A program made the translations under genes and the position numbers. A stretch of 36,187 nt of DNA, from the NCBI RefSeq assembly GCF_001194135.2, contig NC_068983.1, positions 3,015,133 to 3,051,319 of the forward strand, read 5' to 3'. This document shows positions 1-11,238 of this stretch, piece after piece. The stretch comes from Octopus bimaculoides (Eukaryota). Every line of letters starts with the position of its first letter. Within the stretch, counting starts at the first letter, position 1. Under the pieces are notes generated by a model. That model had not been told where the DNA came from. It saw only the letters and a list, made by a program, of their open reading frames with translations, and made no database searches.

Positions 1-302
1 CATAATCTTGATCTGTATGCGCACACAAGCAGATAAGCTGTGTGTAAGCACACGTTTAAATCACGCATCAAAATCAAAGGAAATTTTTATGAGTAAAATT
101 GTAAGATCATTTTCTAGGCTAGTGAGACACCTTTGCAAGTCTTTCGTCTTATTCTGACCTCCTTATTGAAGTAATTACATATGCAAGTTTTAACTTCGAA
201 ATCGTACGTGCTGTGTATAAGCTCTTTAGTTGAGAAGGTAGTTGGGAATAAAACTGATGTAAGTTGTAAAGGAAGGCAGACAATATTAAATTTCTATTTT
301 AA

Positions 303-490
303 GGCGGCGAGCTGACAGAAACGTTAGCACGCCGGGCGAAATGCTTAGCGGTATTTCGTCTGAGTTCAAATTCTGCCGAGGTCGACTTTTACTTTCATGC
401 TTTCGTGGTCGATAAATTAAGTACCAATTTCGTACTGGGGTCGATGTAATCGACTGAATCCCTTCCCCAAAAATTTCGGGCCTTGTGCCA
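303..490 (+). mobile_element. tRNA-derived SINE, family A (my label)
   Basis: Head ggcggcgagctgacagaaacgttagc, B-box-like gagttcaaattc, central ctttcatgctttcgtggtcgataaattaagtacc, then ctggggtcgatgtaatcgac. About ten more copies occur in this window. Confidence 0.85.
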
Positions 491-1120
491 AGAGAAGAAA
501 ATATTAAGTTTCTCTCTCTACTCTTTTATCATACAGTGTTAAAATACGTACATCATTCTGTCATTCCCTCAATGAATTCGTTTTATCTTACAATAATAGT
601 TATTAATGCAAGATTCAGGTAAATTAGTTTGATTATATATTAAAACTTGAAATTAATAATGTAAGGTTAATCCTTAAAGTTACATTTATTAAATTCCTGT
701 AAACTTCGGCGATTGCTGAATTCAATTAAAGAAATACCGAAGCTGAATGGACATTCCAATTAATCAATTCTTATTAATTTTATTGATTAGAAACCACTGA
801 GAAAGGGACAGAATGGTAACAGCTACAATATGGATGCCTTTAGGCCTGTTTGTACTTTTCCAAAATTCCTCTTATTATTTCTGATGGATCGATTCACTTT
901 CATTAGCGACGACAATGTTATGTTAGAAAATGCCACTTTGGCCATTTCTATAAATAGGAATGAGTCACTTCTGGATTGTTAGAAAGAGGAAATGGGGAAA
1001 TAAGAAGAATCGTTAATAGTTCTTGGTTTACCGAATAACACTGCTGCTGCTGCTGGAATTCTTTTTATTCTTTTATTTTTTCCTTATATCAGTCGGAACA
1101 CCACCTCGAAGGTTTTAAAT

Positions 1121-1705
1121 CAGTGGTTCCTAACTATTTTTTTTCTACTGGACCCATTTTGGCTCCCCTTTTACTCAGGGAGACCCTCATAGCCACTCGA
1201 TGTCTTAAAAGATCCTATTGTAGTTTTATAATTTAATATTACAAAGAATCGTATTTAAAATTTGTGAAAATATTTTGTGTATTTTAGAAGTACACCCATT
1301 GATTGTAGTGAAGGCGCGTGGCTTAGTGGTTAGGGCATTCGGATCGTAAGGTCGTGAGTTCAATTTCCGGTGACGTGGTTGTGTCCTTGAGCAAGACACT
1401 TTATTTCACATTGCTCCAGTCCACTCAGCTGGCAAAAATGAGTCGTACCTGTATTTCAAAGGGCCGACTTTGTCACATTCTGTATCACGCTGAATCTCCC
1501 TAAGAACTACGTTGAGGGTACACGTGTCTGTGGAGTGCCCAGCCACTTGCACGTTAATTTCACGAGCAAGCTGTTCCGTTGATCTGATCAGCTGCGACCC
1601 TCGTCGCAACCGACGGAGTGCTCCTATTTATTGTACATAAATTTTAACAGCAAAATCTTATGTGGACCCTCAAGGATCATTTGGACCCCTGCTTGGAAAC
1701 CCCTG
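1121..1705. mobile_element. hAT (Buster/Charlie-type) non-autonomous element, interrupted by a SINE
   Basis: Left TIR cagtggttcctaa (1121) matches right ttggaaacccctg (ends 1705) at 10/13. Flanking 8-mers ttttaaat / ttttagac match 6/8 with central TA, consistent with a decayed 8-bp TSD. Confidence 0.7.
1308..1625 (+). mobile_element. tRNA-derived SINE with CORE-like central segment, family B
   Basis: A-box-like tggcttagtgg, B-box-like gagttcaatttcc, CORE-like tgtgtccttgagcaagacacttta. Candidate TSD attgattgta (1298-1307) / atttattgta (1626-1635). An inverted copy lies at 4373-4689. Confidence 0.85.
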
Positions 1706-1792
1706 TTTTAGACGTGCCAGTACGCCTCAGTACTTGTTTTAAGTTTAGTATGCTGGTATGCATTCTGTCGCTATCGTTTCATCAAACCTCTA

Positions 1793-2012
1793 CGCTATGT
1801 GGGCGTAAATAAACCAACATCGTTTGTCAAGCGGTACTCGTACAAACGCGAGGACGTGATGGGTTTTTATGGAGTTTCCGTCAATCAAATTCAGTCACAA
1901 GGAATTTGTCGGCGCGGGGTTACAGTAGAAGACAGTTATACAAGATGCCGCGCAATGGGCATGAACTCGAAACCAGGCGGTTGCCAAACCAACTTCGTAA
2001 ATGCACAGGCAT
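1793..2012 (-). mobile_element. Degraded SINE family C fragment
   Basis: gcgtaaataaaccaacatcgtttgtcaagcg and gtttccgtcaatcaaattcagtcacaagg...gtagaagaca align by eye to the family C copy at 23748-24146. Confidence 0.6.
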
Positions 2013-2763
2013 AGAGATATTAACTAAACAACTACAGCTTCTATAAGTATTCGAACCTGGGTCAGGAATTCTAATATTCTGCTGGCTGGGAAGATTTTTT
2101 TGTTCCACTGCATTCTTTATGACCCAAGCAAGTACCTTTTGTATGGCTGTCAGGAAAAAAACTGGCGGGTGGCCGCAGATGGGACGCCTTTGAACATAAT
2201 TTTTTTATCAACATTTGTCAGCGATTAATCAACAAAAACAATTCCACTACAATTATTATCACACAACAATAGCAGCTAAATCTCCCTCAAAACACTCGCG
2301 TGGGAGGACGATTTGGAGTTGTGGACAAACTAAGTGTCAATAAGAGACAGGATGGTCGCAGATGGATTGGTTTTCTATCATGGTATACCTTCGGTTAAAC
2401 AACGGCGCACCTCTTGTCGATATAAACTATGGTATAAATGGATGAAATCAATGATGAGAATCAATATAATCGTTAATCTATGCTGAAATGTTGATCTAAT
2501 TCAAACGTTGGTAGCCTGGATCAAATAAACATTTGTTACAGCTTCGAATATTTACATATGTTTTGAGTTACTAATATTGTTGATGTGGCAAGCGGCCTCG
2601 TATATAATAATAGAAAGTTGTCAGTTCACCAGACCAGAACGATGTTATTCGGTACACAATGTGGTCTAATAAATATACACTGTTATTGATTGGTACATAT
2701 ATATTATTATTAAAGTAATGAAGGAATAGACCGAGGCAAAAACTATATAAACATGCATACAAA

Positions 2764-3632
<869 letters not shown>

Positions 3633-3774
3633 TTAATGTTGACTGTCAGAAATAAAAGTTACACTGTACCGTAGTTGTTATTAAAGATATTTTATTTTGG
3701 TTAAATCTCTTGCTTCTCTGGAGCTTCGCCAATGCATTGAGAAAGTTATCAGGCAAGCTCAGTGTGCGCGCGCG

Positions 3775-3810
<36 letters not shown>

Positions 3811-4129
3811 CTGTTTTAACTTCTTATCTTATAGAACGTTCGTGTAATCGTGATAAAATATGCCGAAAGATCGGAATATTTAAATAACAATGAGTTAATG
3901 TTATTGAATGATTTTTAAAAAAAGAAACATTTCAAAAGAATTAAGCATTCAGTAAATGTGTTTCGCTTCAACTAAGCGTTTAGTAGGTTTATGTGCTGCC
4001 GTAATACTCTGTTACCATTGGCTGTGCATTAGTCTTAAATCTGATTTTGCTGGCTGTGATAATTGACAGGAGAGAAGAACCATTTGGAAAAATGTTAACG
4101 TTATATTATTCCAGTTTTAGATGGAAGCA

Positions 4130-4345
4130 TTTGTTCTGGTCTTTTTCTGCTTTCAAGTGATTCAGTTCTAACCTTTTCCATAGCCATTCTTTGGAGATTG
4201 GCTTTTGGTTCGATATTGCTGCAGGAGGTCAAAGCATTTCTTGAAAACGTCTGCCCCTACTCCAGTTAAATGTTTCAGATGATCTGGCAAGGTATTAAAC
4301 AGCCGTCTTAATGTATTGTAAAGGAAGAACTTCAGTGAGTGGAAT
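4130..4345 (-). mobile_element. CR1-type LINE 3'-end remnant (RT C-terminus)
   Basis: The minus strand of 4305-4225 translates RLFNTLPDHLKHLTGVGADVFKKCFDL, which resembles the CR1 ORF2 C-terminal motif (RLFN.LP...R.L..V..DVFK..LD). Boundaries are approximate. Confidence 0.6.
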
Positions 4346-4372
4346 AATAAACCTTTCTTTGACTATAACTGG

Positions 4373-4689
4373 CCCTCCGTCGGTTGCGACGATGAGTGTT
4401 CCAGTTAATCCAATCAACGGAAAAGCCTATTCGTGAATTTAACATGCAAGTGGCTGAGCTCCCCACGTGTTCATTTACCGTAGTTCTCAGGGAGATTCAG
4501 TATGGTACACAGAATGTGACAAGAACCGCCCGCTTTGTATCACAGGTACAACTCATCTTTGCCAGCGGAGCGGACTTGGGCAAAGTGAAATAAAGTGTCT
4601 TCCTCAAGGAAACAGCGCGCCGCCGGGAATCGAACTCGCGACCTTACCATCGTGAGCTGAATACTCTAACTACTAAGCGACACGCCTTC
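4373..4689 (-). mobile_element. SINE family B (CORE-like), full length
   Basis: Collinear reverse-complement match to 1308-1625, from ctccgtcggttgcgacga to ctaactactaagcgacacgccttc. Confidence 0.85.
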
Positions 4690-5228
4690 CCTCCCTGATT
4701 ATACATGTATACATATATATCAATGCATATATACATACACATGTGACTACCTACTTACCTATCTACCTATATACATACATACATACATACATACATACAT
4801 ACATACGTACATACATACATACTCGTATGCAAGCATACATACGTACGTATGTACGTACGTGCATACATATAGAGAGACAAACACACACACAGTTAGGCAT
4901 ATGATGCCGACTGGAGAAAAGTGTGGCTGAATTTGGGGAGAGAAGGCAAATCCTTAATTCATACATTAGAAATGACCGTGATGTCTGGGACAATAAAGAT
5001 CTGCAAGACTTTCTTAAAATTTAAAGGATGATAAACAAAACAAGATGCTTTCGTTCACAACCTTTCTACCAAATATGGTGGTCGGTCAAAATTAACTCAG
5101 AATTAAATAGAGAAAAATAACATACATAAATACATACATACATACATACATGTTTAGTACCTGGTCCCTCTCATAATTAGTTGCTGACAGCATAAAGGAA
5201 TTATAATAAGTATTATAATCATGCCCAC

Positions 5229-5300
5229 GGGCATATGGCGTAGTGGTTAAGAGTGCGGGCTACTAACCCTAAGATTCCGAGTTCGATTCCAGGCAGTGAT

Positions 5301-5346
<46 letters not shown>

Positions 5347-5527
5347 TCGAAAAATACCTTAGAAATGAGAACCCAGGTTTGAAATTTCCCCAATGCACCT
5401 GATGAAGGCTGGAGGGTATATCAGCCGAAGCGTTGTGTTAACAACAGACAAAATGAGGACAAATATCCGTCAAATGTAAATAAGGTAAATAATGTACATA
5501 ATGCCTCATCTCTCAAATATAGAACTG
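5229..5527 (+). mobile_element. Composite element: tRNA-like Pol III head + (AAT)n + Penelope-like terminal segment with hammerhead motif
   Basis: A-box tggcgtagtgg (5236), B-box gttcgattcc (5281-5290), (AAT)n at about 5303-5345, then cctgatgaaggctg...cagccgaagcgttgtgtt, the CTGATGA...GAAACG signature typical of PLE termini. Confidence 0.7.
5395..5439 (+). ncRNA. Minimal type I hammerhead ribozyme motif (this copy has GAAG instead of GAAA)
   Basis: Stem I GCAC (5395-98) / GUGU (5435-38); core CUGAUGA (5399-5405); extra A; stem II GGCUG/CAGCC; GAAG (5427-30); CG; U16.1 (5433); H17=U (5434). Confidence 0.6.
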
Positions 5528-5579
5528 TATTATCAAAGTCATCGTCGTTGTTGTTGTTGTTGAGTGAGAGAATAGTACA

Positions 5580-5880
5580 CGCCGTCAAAGTGACGCTTGG
5601 GTACAAATATACGGAGCCCTGTATACCCATCATGACTACCCGTTTGGTAAGGCTTCACCAGGGGCGTGCATCACAAGCATATATGCGCGTATGTCCTAGC
5701 AGGTGGCGGCCCACTTAGAATTTTCTTCAAATCTAGTAGCTCATCCCACTCAAAAAGTCCCTGGATAAGGGTTGTTTAAGGATGATGAACAAAACACCCA
5801 TGTTTCCAGGGAGGAATTATTCAAACCCAAAGAATCCTTCTCAGCACATGGCTATGATTCTTTCCGCTCTATTCTTCATA
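5580..5880. repeat. Unclassified interspersed repeat, possibly a LINE 3' UTR
   Basis: Single copy in this window. I recall tatacccatcatgactacccg...ggataagggttgtttaaggatg as a common octopus repeat, but this is unverified. Confidence 0.35.
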
Positions 5881-6042
5881 TTTGTGTTGTTTCAATTATT
5901 TTACTTTCTCGTGGTTTCATTGAGGATCCTGATGACAACAATGTTTTTAAGTAATTTTCAGTCATTCTTCTCACCAAACCTTTTTTTCTCCATGGCATCC
6001 TTTTCACAGATATTATCAAGTTCTTTTTTCTCTTTCTCTCTT

Positions 6043-6074
<32 letters not shown>

Positions 6075-6701
6075 CAATAAACAGAATTTCTGAAAGAGGC
6101 TAAAAAGAAAGACACTTGATGTTTGAAGCGTTAGTTAATACTTTCATTTAAAAAAAAAAACATTCTCCCAATCTCTGATTTGTCACGGTTTTATTTCAGA
6201 TTTCCGAAAAATATTATCGTCAAACTCCTCTATCGAAATTAAAATCTGATCTTATTTTCTCAAAGTCCGACTGTTGTGAAGCGGGTTACACTCTGACTTG
6301 ACACTCGCCCTAATGGAGTTTTCTTGTTGAAGCTTTGACACTTAGTAACGTATTTTGATATCGAGATGGACAGCAAGCTAAACACTGCCACTCTTTCTTC
6401 TGTCTTTTCAAGCGTTGACACTTGTACTGAGACACTCTAAAATACAAGGGACAAACAGACACATCAAGCATCATCGAATCACGTGATGATAGATGTAGCA
6501 TCTCTCTCTCTCTCTCTCACACACACAAACAATAACTCTCTCTTCTCTCTAGACTTCTTTCATTCAAGTGACCGGGCGTAGTGTTCATTCCAGCCGCGGC
6601 CCCCTCATCTATTTAAGGGTATCTAATACTGCAGTATCAAATTTCACTTTATCCTTTCCTAAGATTCTAAAGTTTAAACTGAGACGAATTCAACTGTTAC
6701 T

Positions 6702-6951
6702 TCTAGCAGTCCGAATCGCTCTGCCCGAAGGCATTCCACTGAACTTGGCATCGGTAATCGATCGGCAAGACGTATTTTGGATGAAGACCTCCATTTTCAC
6801 CCGTACTAAATGATGATTGGGCAACAGTTAAAACCATGGGATTATGCACAGAGCAATGCTGGAGAGAGTGGAGGCCAGCTTCCAAGAACGCCTTCAGAAA
6901 TGCATCAATGAAAACAGACACCACACGATGGATGTTGTTTTCCACACTTGA
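6702..6951 (+). pseudogene. Internally deleted Tc1/mariner (rosa/DD41D-like) transposase remnant
   Basis: SSSPNRSARRHSTELGIGNRSARRILDEDLHFHPY*MMIGQQLKPWDYAQ (HTH region plus the LHFHPYK linker) is joined at about 6852, in another frame, to the C-terminus AMLERVEASFQERLQKCINENRHHTMDVVFHT*. The catalytic domain is missing. Confidence 0.75.
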
Positions 6952-7022
6952 TTTTAACAAATGCTAATTCAATACGAACACATTAATGTCGATAAATGTA
7001 TGTATGTATGTATGTATGTATG

Positions 7023-7056
<34 letters not shown>

Positions 7057-7072
7057 TGTATGTATGTATGTA

Positions 7073-7266
7073 CAGGGTGGGGTAGAGAGGACGGACGTTT
7101 TTGAAATGGTTATTACATGGAATGGTCCCAGGGTGAGGGGCATATGTCTGACAGATACCTTTCGGTCCGTAACGTCTTAGCATTTTTTCCCCCTTATTTT
7201 GTTTTCAGCTATAATTAATGATTTTGTAATTTTTTCAAAAATGTCCGTCCCTTCTGCTCCACCCTG
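7073..7266. mobile_element. Tc1/mariner-type MITE (194 bp)
   Basis: 34-bp imperfect TIRs: cagggtggggtagagaggacggacgtttttgaaa and tttcaaaaatgtccgtcccttctgctccaccctg. TA on the left and CA (decayed TA) on the right. Confidence 0.85.
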
Positions 7267-8022
7267 CATATATATATATATTTTATATATATCATAGGAT
7301 ATGGTACATCCATATCAGTTTAACAAAAAAAATTTTAATCAAGACCGGAAAAACGCAAGAGGGCAAAATTAAGCTGAGAAAGCTTGACCCGAAGCAAATA
7401 GATATAAGCAAAGTATTTAGTATTGCTATTTAAGAGTCCATGAAACATGATCAAAAACATTCCGATAAAATTAAGTCAATATTTGAATATCGAATAACCA
7501 CATAAATCTTTGCTATATTTGATTATTATCTTCTTTACTAAAAGAATTGTATTAAAGAGCAATGTTGACCGAAACGAAGATTTGTTTTAAAAATACACCT
7601 GTCTCTTTTTTATGAGAACTGAGAAAACCATAAAACCAATCGTTCTTTTACGCCATTTTAGTCTGTCATCCATCAAACAGAGAAAGCAGAAGCCATAATA
7701 AACTAAAGTGTTACAGTCGTATAACTCTGAGACGTAATCAGAGAAGCAACACCCCTTCAAACAGTTTAATACTTTTATAGATTGGAGCAAATATTTTCGA
7801 CATCAAAGTTTTCGTCATGGACATAAACCTATCAAACTAAACCCTCTGCTTTGTTGTAATCCATCAGATTGAGCCAACAGAGCATAATAGTCTAAACACA
7901 AGGCAGAGAAACTCTTACCTCGCCAGTAAAATCTGGGCTGCATTTAATACAGGAACCACTCTCTGACTGAGTCCTCTAAAATTTCATATGAAAGGGAAAA
8001 GAGGTAAACGTATCCTCGCAGG

Positions 8023-8327
8023 CAGTAACGCCTCTCATTATGAACATATCGTTTTACGAACAAATTTCGAATATAAAACAACTCGGGTGACAAACGGTGT
8101 CTCGAGTAACGAACACGCAATTTGGCAACAACGGTTGGCGTCAAGCTGGGAGTATCAGTGGAATAGCGTCACTTGCTGTCTGGCTTTCACTCGGTGCACT
8201 TCTCTGCTCGAATTGGCCATGTTTTCTCTTGAATTTCGTATGGGAAAAATAGTTTCGGTTTAAATAACATTTCTGGTGACGAACCGCCTTCAGGTACGAA
8301 TTAAATTCGTAAACCGAGTTTCCATTG
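8023..8327. mobile_element. Tigger/pogo-like MITE, decayed
   Basis: The right end reverse-complements to caatggaaactcggtttacgaatttaattcgtacc and is followed by TA. The left end cagtaacgcctctcattatgaac...ttttacgaac is a weak TIR match. Confidence 0.5.
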
Positions 8328-8766
8328 TATATAACTTTCAAATTAAAGATACACTCTTTTTCTCAACACACATACACCAAATATATACACACTCTTATTT
8401 ATTTCCGATTTGTCTCGGGTACCAAAAATATCTGCATCTCTTTTTTTTTAAATAGCAACAAAATGACAAACGAAATCCTACTGCTGTAAGCTCCTTGTTG
8501 AGAGAGCGTTAAAAAGGCTAGATGGTCATTGCTGGAACGTTTTATCAGTATTGACATGGGGTTAAGCAACGATTTACTACAGTACATACACCACACGGAT
8601 CGTTGAAGTAGGTTAATATTCTGGCATAACAGTTGCCAATTCCTTTCGCTCCTACCAGAATCAAATTTCTAATTAAAATTTTCTTTCCCAAATAAACGCA
8701 GTAATTAATGACATCTCAAGTCAACTAGCAGTAATTAACACATATGTTAATGCAGCACGTGGTTTG

Positions 8767-8858
<92 letters not shown>

Positions 8859-9810
8859 ACACGCGCACGTGTGTGTCTGGAAAATATTTTACATAAAAGA
8901 AAGTCAGCGTCAACGCTGCAGTCGCCATGTTCTGGGTTTCAAGCGCCCGACCCAAAACCGTTGATCAAGTATCTTCTCTCGGAGCCAAATGAGAATTGAA
9001 TTCCAAGAATGAGGAAAAGGTGTGGAAGGGTCTGCTCCTGTTTTTGTGTTCTGGTCCACCACCAATCCAACAACCCAACCGCCTGGTCTTTGGTCTACTT
9101 TAACAGAAGCCATTCTGTCACAAACTTTTCTGCTGAATTTATCTTCATCTCATCACAAACATCGGAAACGTTGGCTAACTCAAAATAATAAGGAAGGACC
9201 ACGTCACTCGTTAAGTCCCATCTCATCAATGACCTGACGCAGTCCCGAAGCTACTGTAATTCCATTTAATCGCGTCTTATTCATAAACAGCCATTTTATT
9301 GACAGATGAAAAGTTAAGTCTATCCATATGGGATTTGGACTCTGAATGAGAGGTACCCAAGTGCATTTCATCTATTGCTCTACCGATTTTTTCTAGGACC
9401 TGGCACAAGGTGACCTCCTCTACAATATCTAAAACTGTGAGCGGAGTTGCTCTGAGAGTAGGGCCTGCTGTCCTTCACCGCTTTACCTGCTTCTCTTTTC
9501 CCTAAATCGCTCTGTGGTTTTTCAGGGCTTTTTGCTCCCCAAGCTATAACAACTGGGTCCAGCCGTCTCACATTCTACATTTCAGCGATTTCATCAGGGT
9601 ACAGCTCTGATGTAAATCTATGCTTTTCAGGCTTCATTAAGACGCCTAAGTCCATCCTCATTCCCTCAGTTCCATATCCCTTCTCATCATCTCTGTATTC
9701 ATTCCCCTCATAACACAATACAAAGTGACAATAAACATAATTATTATTTTCACATTTATTCACTGAACAGTGTGTATTAGTGTATTTTAACTAAAAATAG
9801 TGATTACAAA

Positions 9811-9990
9811 TTTTGGCACTAGGCCGGCAATTTTATGGGAAGGGGTAAATTGATTACTTCCATCCAGTATTCAATTGGTTCTTACTTTATCGACCCCGAT
9901 AGGATGAAACGTAAAGTCAATCTCAGCGGAATTTGAAATCAGAACGTAAAGACGGACGAAATGCTTAGCATTTCTGTCAGATTGCCGCCT
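9811..9990 (-). mobile_element. SINE family A (internally deleted head)
   Basis: tttatcgacccc...aggatgaaacgtaaagtcaatctcagcggaatttgaaatcagaacgtaaagacggacgaaatgc. Confidence 0.8.
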
Positions 9991-10027
9991 TAATAATTAT
10001 AGTAATAATTATTATTATTTCTACTCT

Positions 10028-10231
10028 AGGCACAAGGCCTCGAAGATTTTGATGGGAAAGGGGCTAGTCGATTACATCGACCCCAGTGCGTAACTGGTTC
10101 TTATTTCATCGACCTCAAAAGGATGAAAGGCAAAGTTGACCTCGGCGGAATTTGAACTCAGAACCCAGTTGCAGACGAAATACCGCTAAGCATTTCGCCC
10201 GGCGTGCTAACGATTCTGTCAGATTGCCGCT
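10028..10231 (-). mobile_element. SINE family A
   Basis: gtcgattacatcgaccccagtgcgtaactgg...ggcggaatttgaactcagaac...gctaagcatttcgcccggcgtgctaacg. Confidence 0.85.
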
Positions 10232-10233
10232 TT

Positions 10234-10260
10234 AATGATAATAATAATGATAATGATGAA

Positions 10261-10350
<90 letters not shown>
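10234..10350. repeat. (AAT)n microsatellite
   Basis: Read directly. It abuts the R4-like fragment. Confidence 0.95.
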
Positions 10351-10833
10351 TTAGACTTGACAGATCAAAGAAGTGGTACGAACATAAACCCGAAGGCATC
10401 ATCGAAAATGATAATGCAAAGATTTTACGATTCAGTGCGACCATGAGATAGAGAATAGGAAACCAGACATAGTGTTAATTGAGAAAGAAAGCAAACGATG
10501 CTGGATCATAAATATAGCATTCCCAGCTCACAAGAAGGTATGCGATGAGGAAGAAAGAAAAATTTGGGAGTTTAAGCAGTTGTGGTCGATAAAAAAGGTG
10601 GTAGTAGTACAAGTAATTGTCGGACCCCTGGGAACAGTGAGTAAAAATATTGAGAAGTACATGGAACAAATTGGGGCTGCAATAAGGGTGGAGCCGTTGC
10701 AGAAAACAGCATTGCTTGGAACCGCCCGAATACTCCGGAAGGTGCTCGAAAAACAAGAGGTGTTACCTTAGTTCACTGGTAGTGAACAGCTGAGACTGTA
10801 GTACATCTCCAGCGTTAGAAGCTGTGCAAAGGC
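10351..10833 (+). mobile_element. 5'-truncated R4/Dong-like non-LTR retrotransposon (RLE C-terminus + 3' UTR)
   Basis: KKWYEHKPEGIIENDNAKIL (from 10368), a frameshift, then IQCDHEIENRKPDIVLIEKESKRCWII...VIVGPLGTVSKNIEKYMEQIG...LQKTALLGTARILRKVLE. The PD and GALG-like motifs and the LQK.ALLGTARILRKVL terminus are typical of R4-clade RLEs. (AAT)n lies on both sides. Confidence 0.85.

Positions 10834-10880
<47 letters not shown>
10834..10880. repeat. (AAT)n microsatellite
   Basis: Read directly. It starts immediately at the element's 3' end. Confidence 0.95.
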
Positions 10881-10901
10881 GGATGATGATGATGCTGATG
10901 A

Positions 10902-11111
10902 TTTCAAACTTTAGCACAAAATCAGCCCAGATCGGGGAGGGAATAAGTCAATTACATTGATCCAGTGTTCAACTGGTACTTATTTTATCGAACTGGGAAG
11001 GAGGAAAGATAAAGTTAACCGCGGCGGAATTTGAACTCAGTACGTTAAGACGGACAAAATGCCGCTAAACACTTTTTCCGGCGTGCTAACGGTTCTGCCA
11101 GCTCGCAGCCT
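10902..11111 (-). mobile_element. SINE family A
   Basis: ctggtacttattttatcga...gcggcggaatttgaactcag...cggcgtgctaacggttctgccagctcgc. Confidence 0.8.
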
Positions 11112-11112
11112 T

Positions 11113-11238
11113 CAACCACTCGCAAAGCTTTGGTTTGCCTGAAGCTATGGTAGAAGACACTTGCCCATTGCCACGCAGTGAAACTGAACCCGGAACCATG
11201 TGGCTGGGTAGTATGCTTATTACCACACAGCCACGCCT
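11113..11238 (-). mobile_element. SINE family C head fragment
   Basis: gtagaagacacttgccc...ctgaacccggaaccatgtgg...taccacacagccacgcct, i.e. a tRNA-like head on the minus strand. Confidence 0.8.

Noticed and set aside
2255-2375. Short segments resembling each other at about 2270, 15860 (inverted), 20150-20270 (inverted) and 28760
   Set aside because: Probably an old interspersed repeat family, but too diverged to set boundaries or class by eye.
5229-5302. Possible tRNA gene
   Set aside because: A/B boxes and an anticodon-like loop are present, but I could not form a convincing acceptor stem and it runs into (AAT)n and a PLE-like tail. It is treated as a SINE head.
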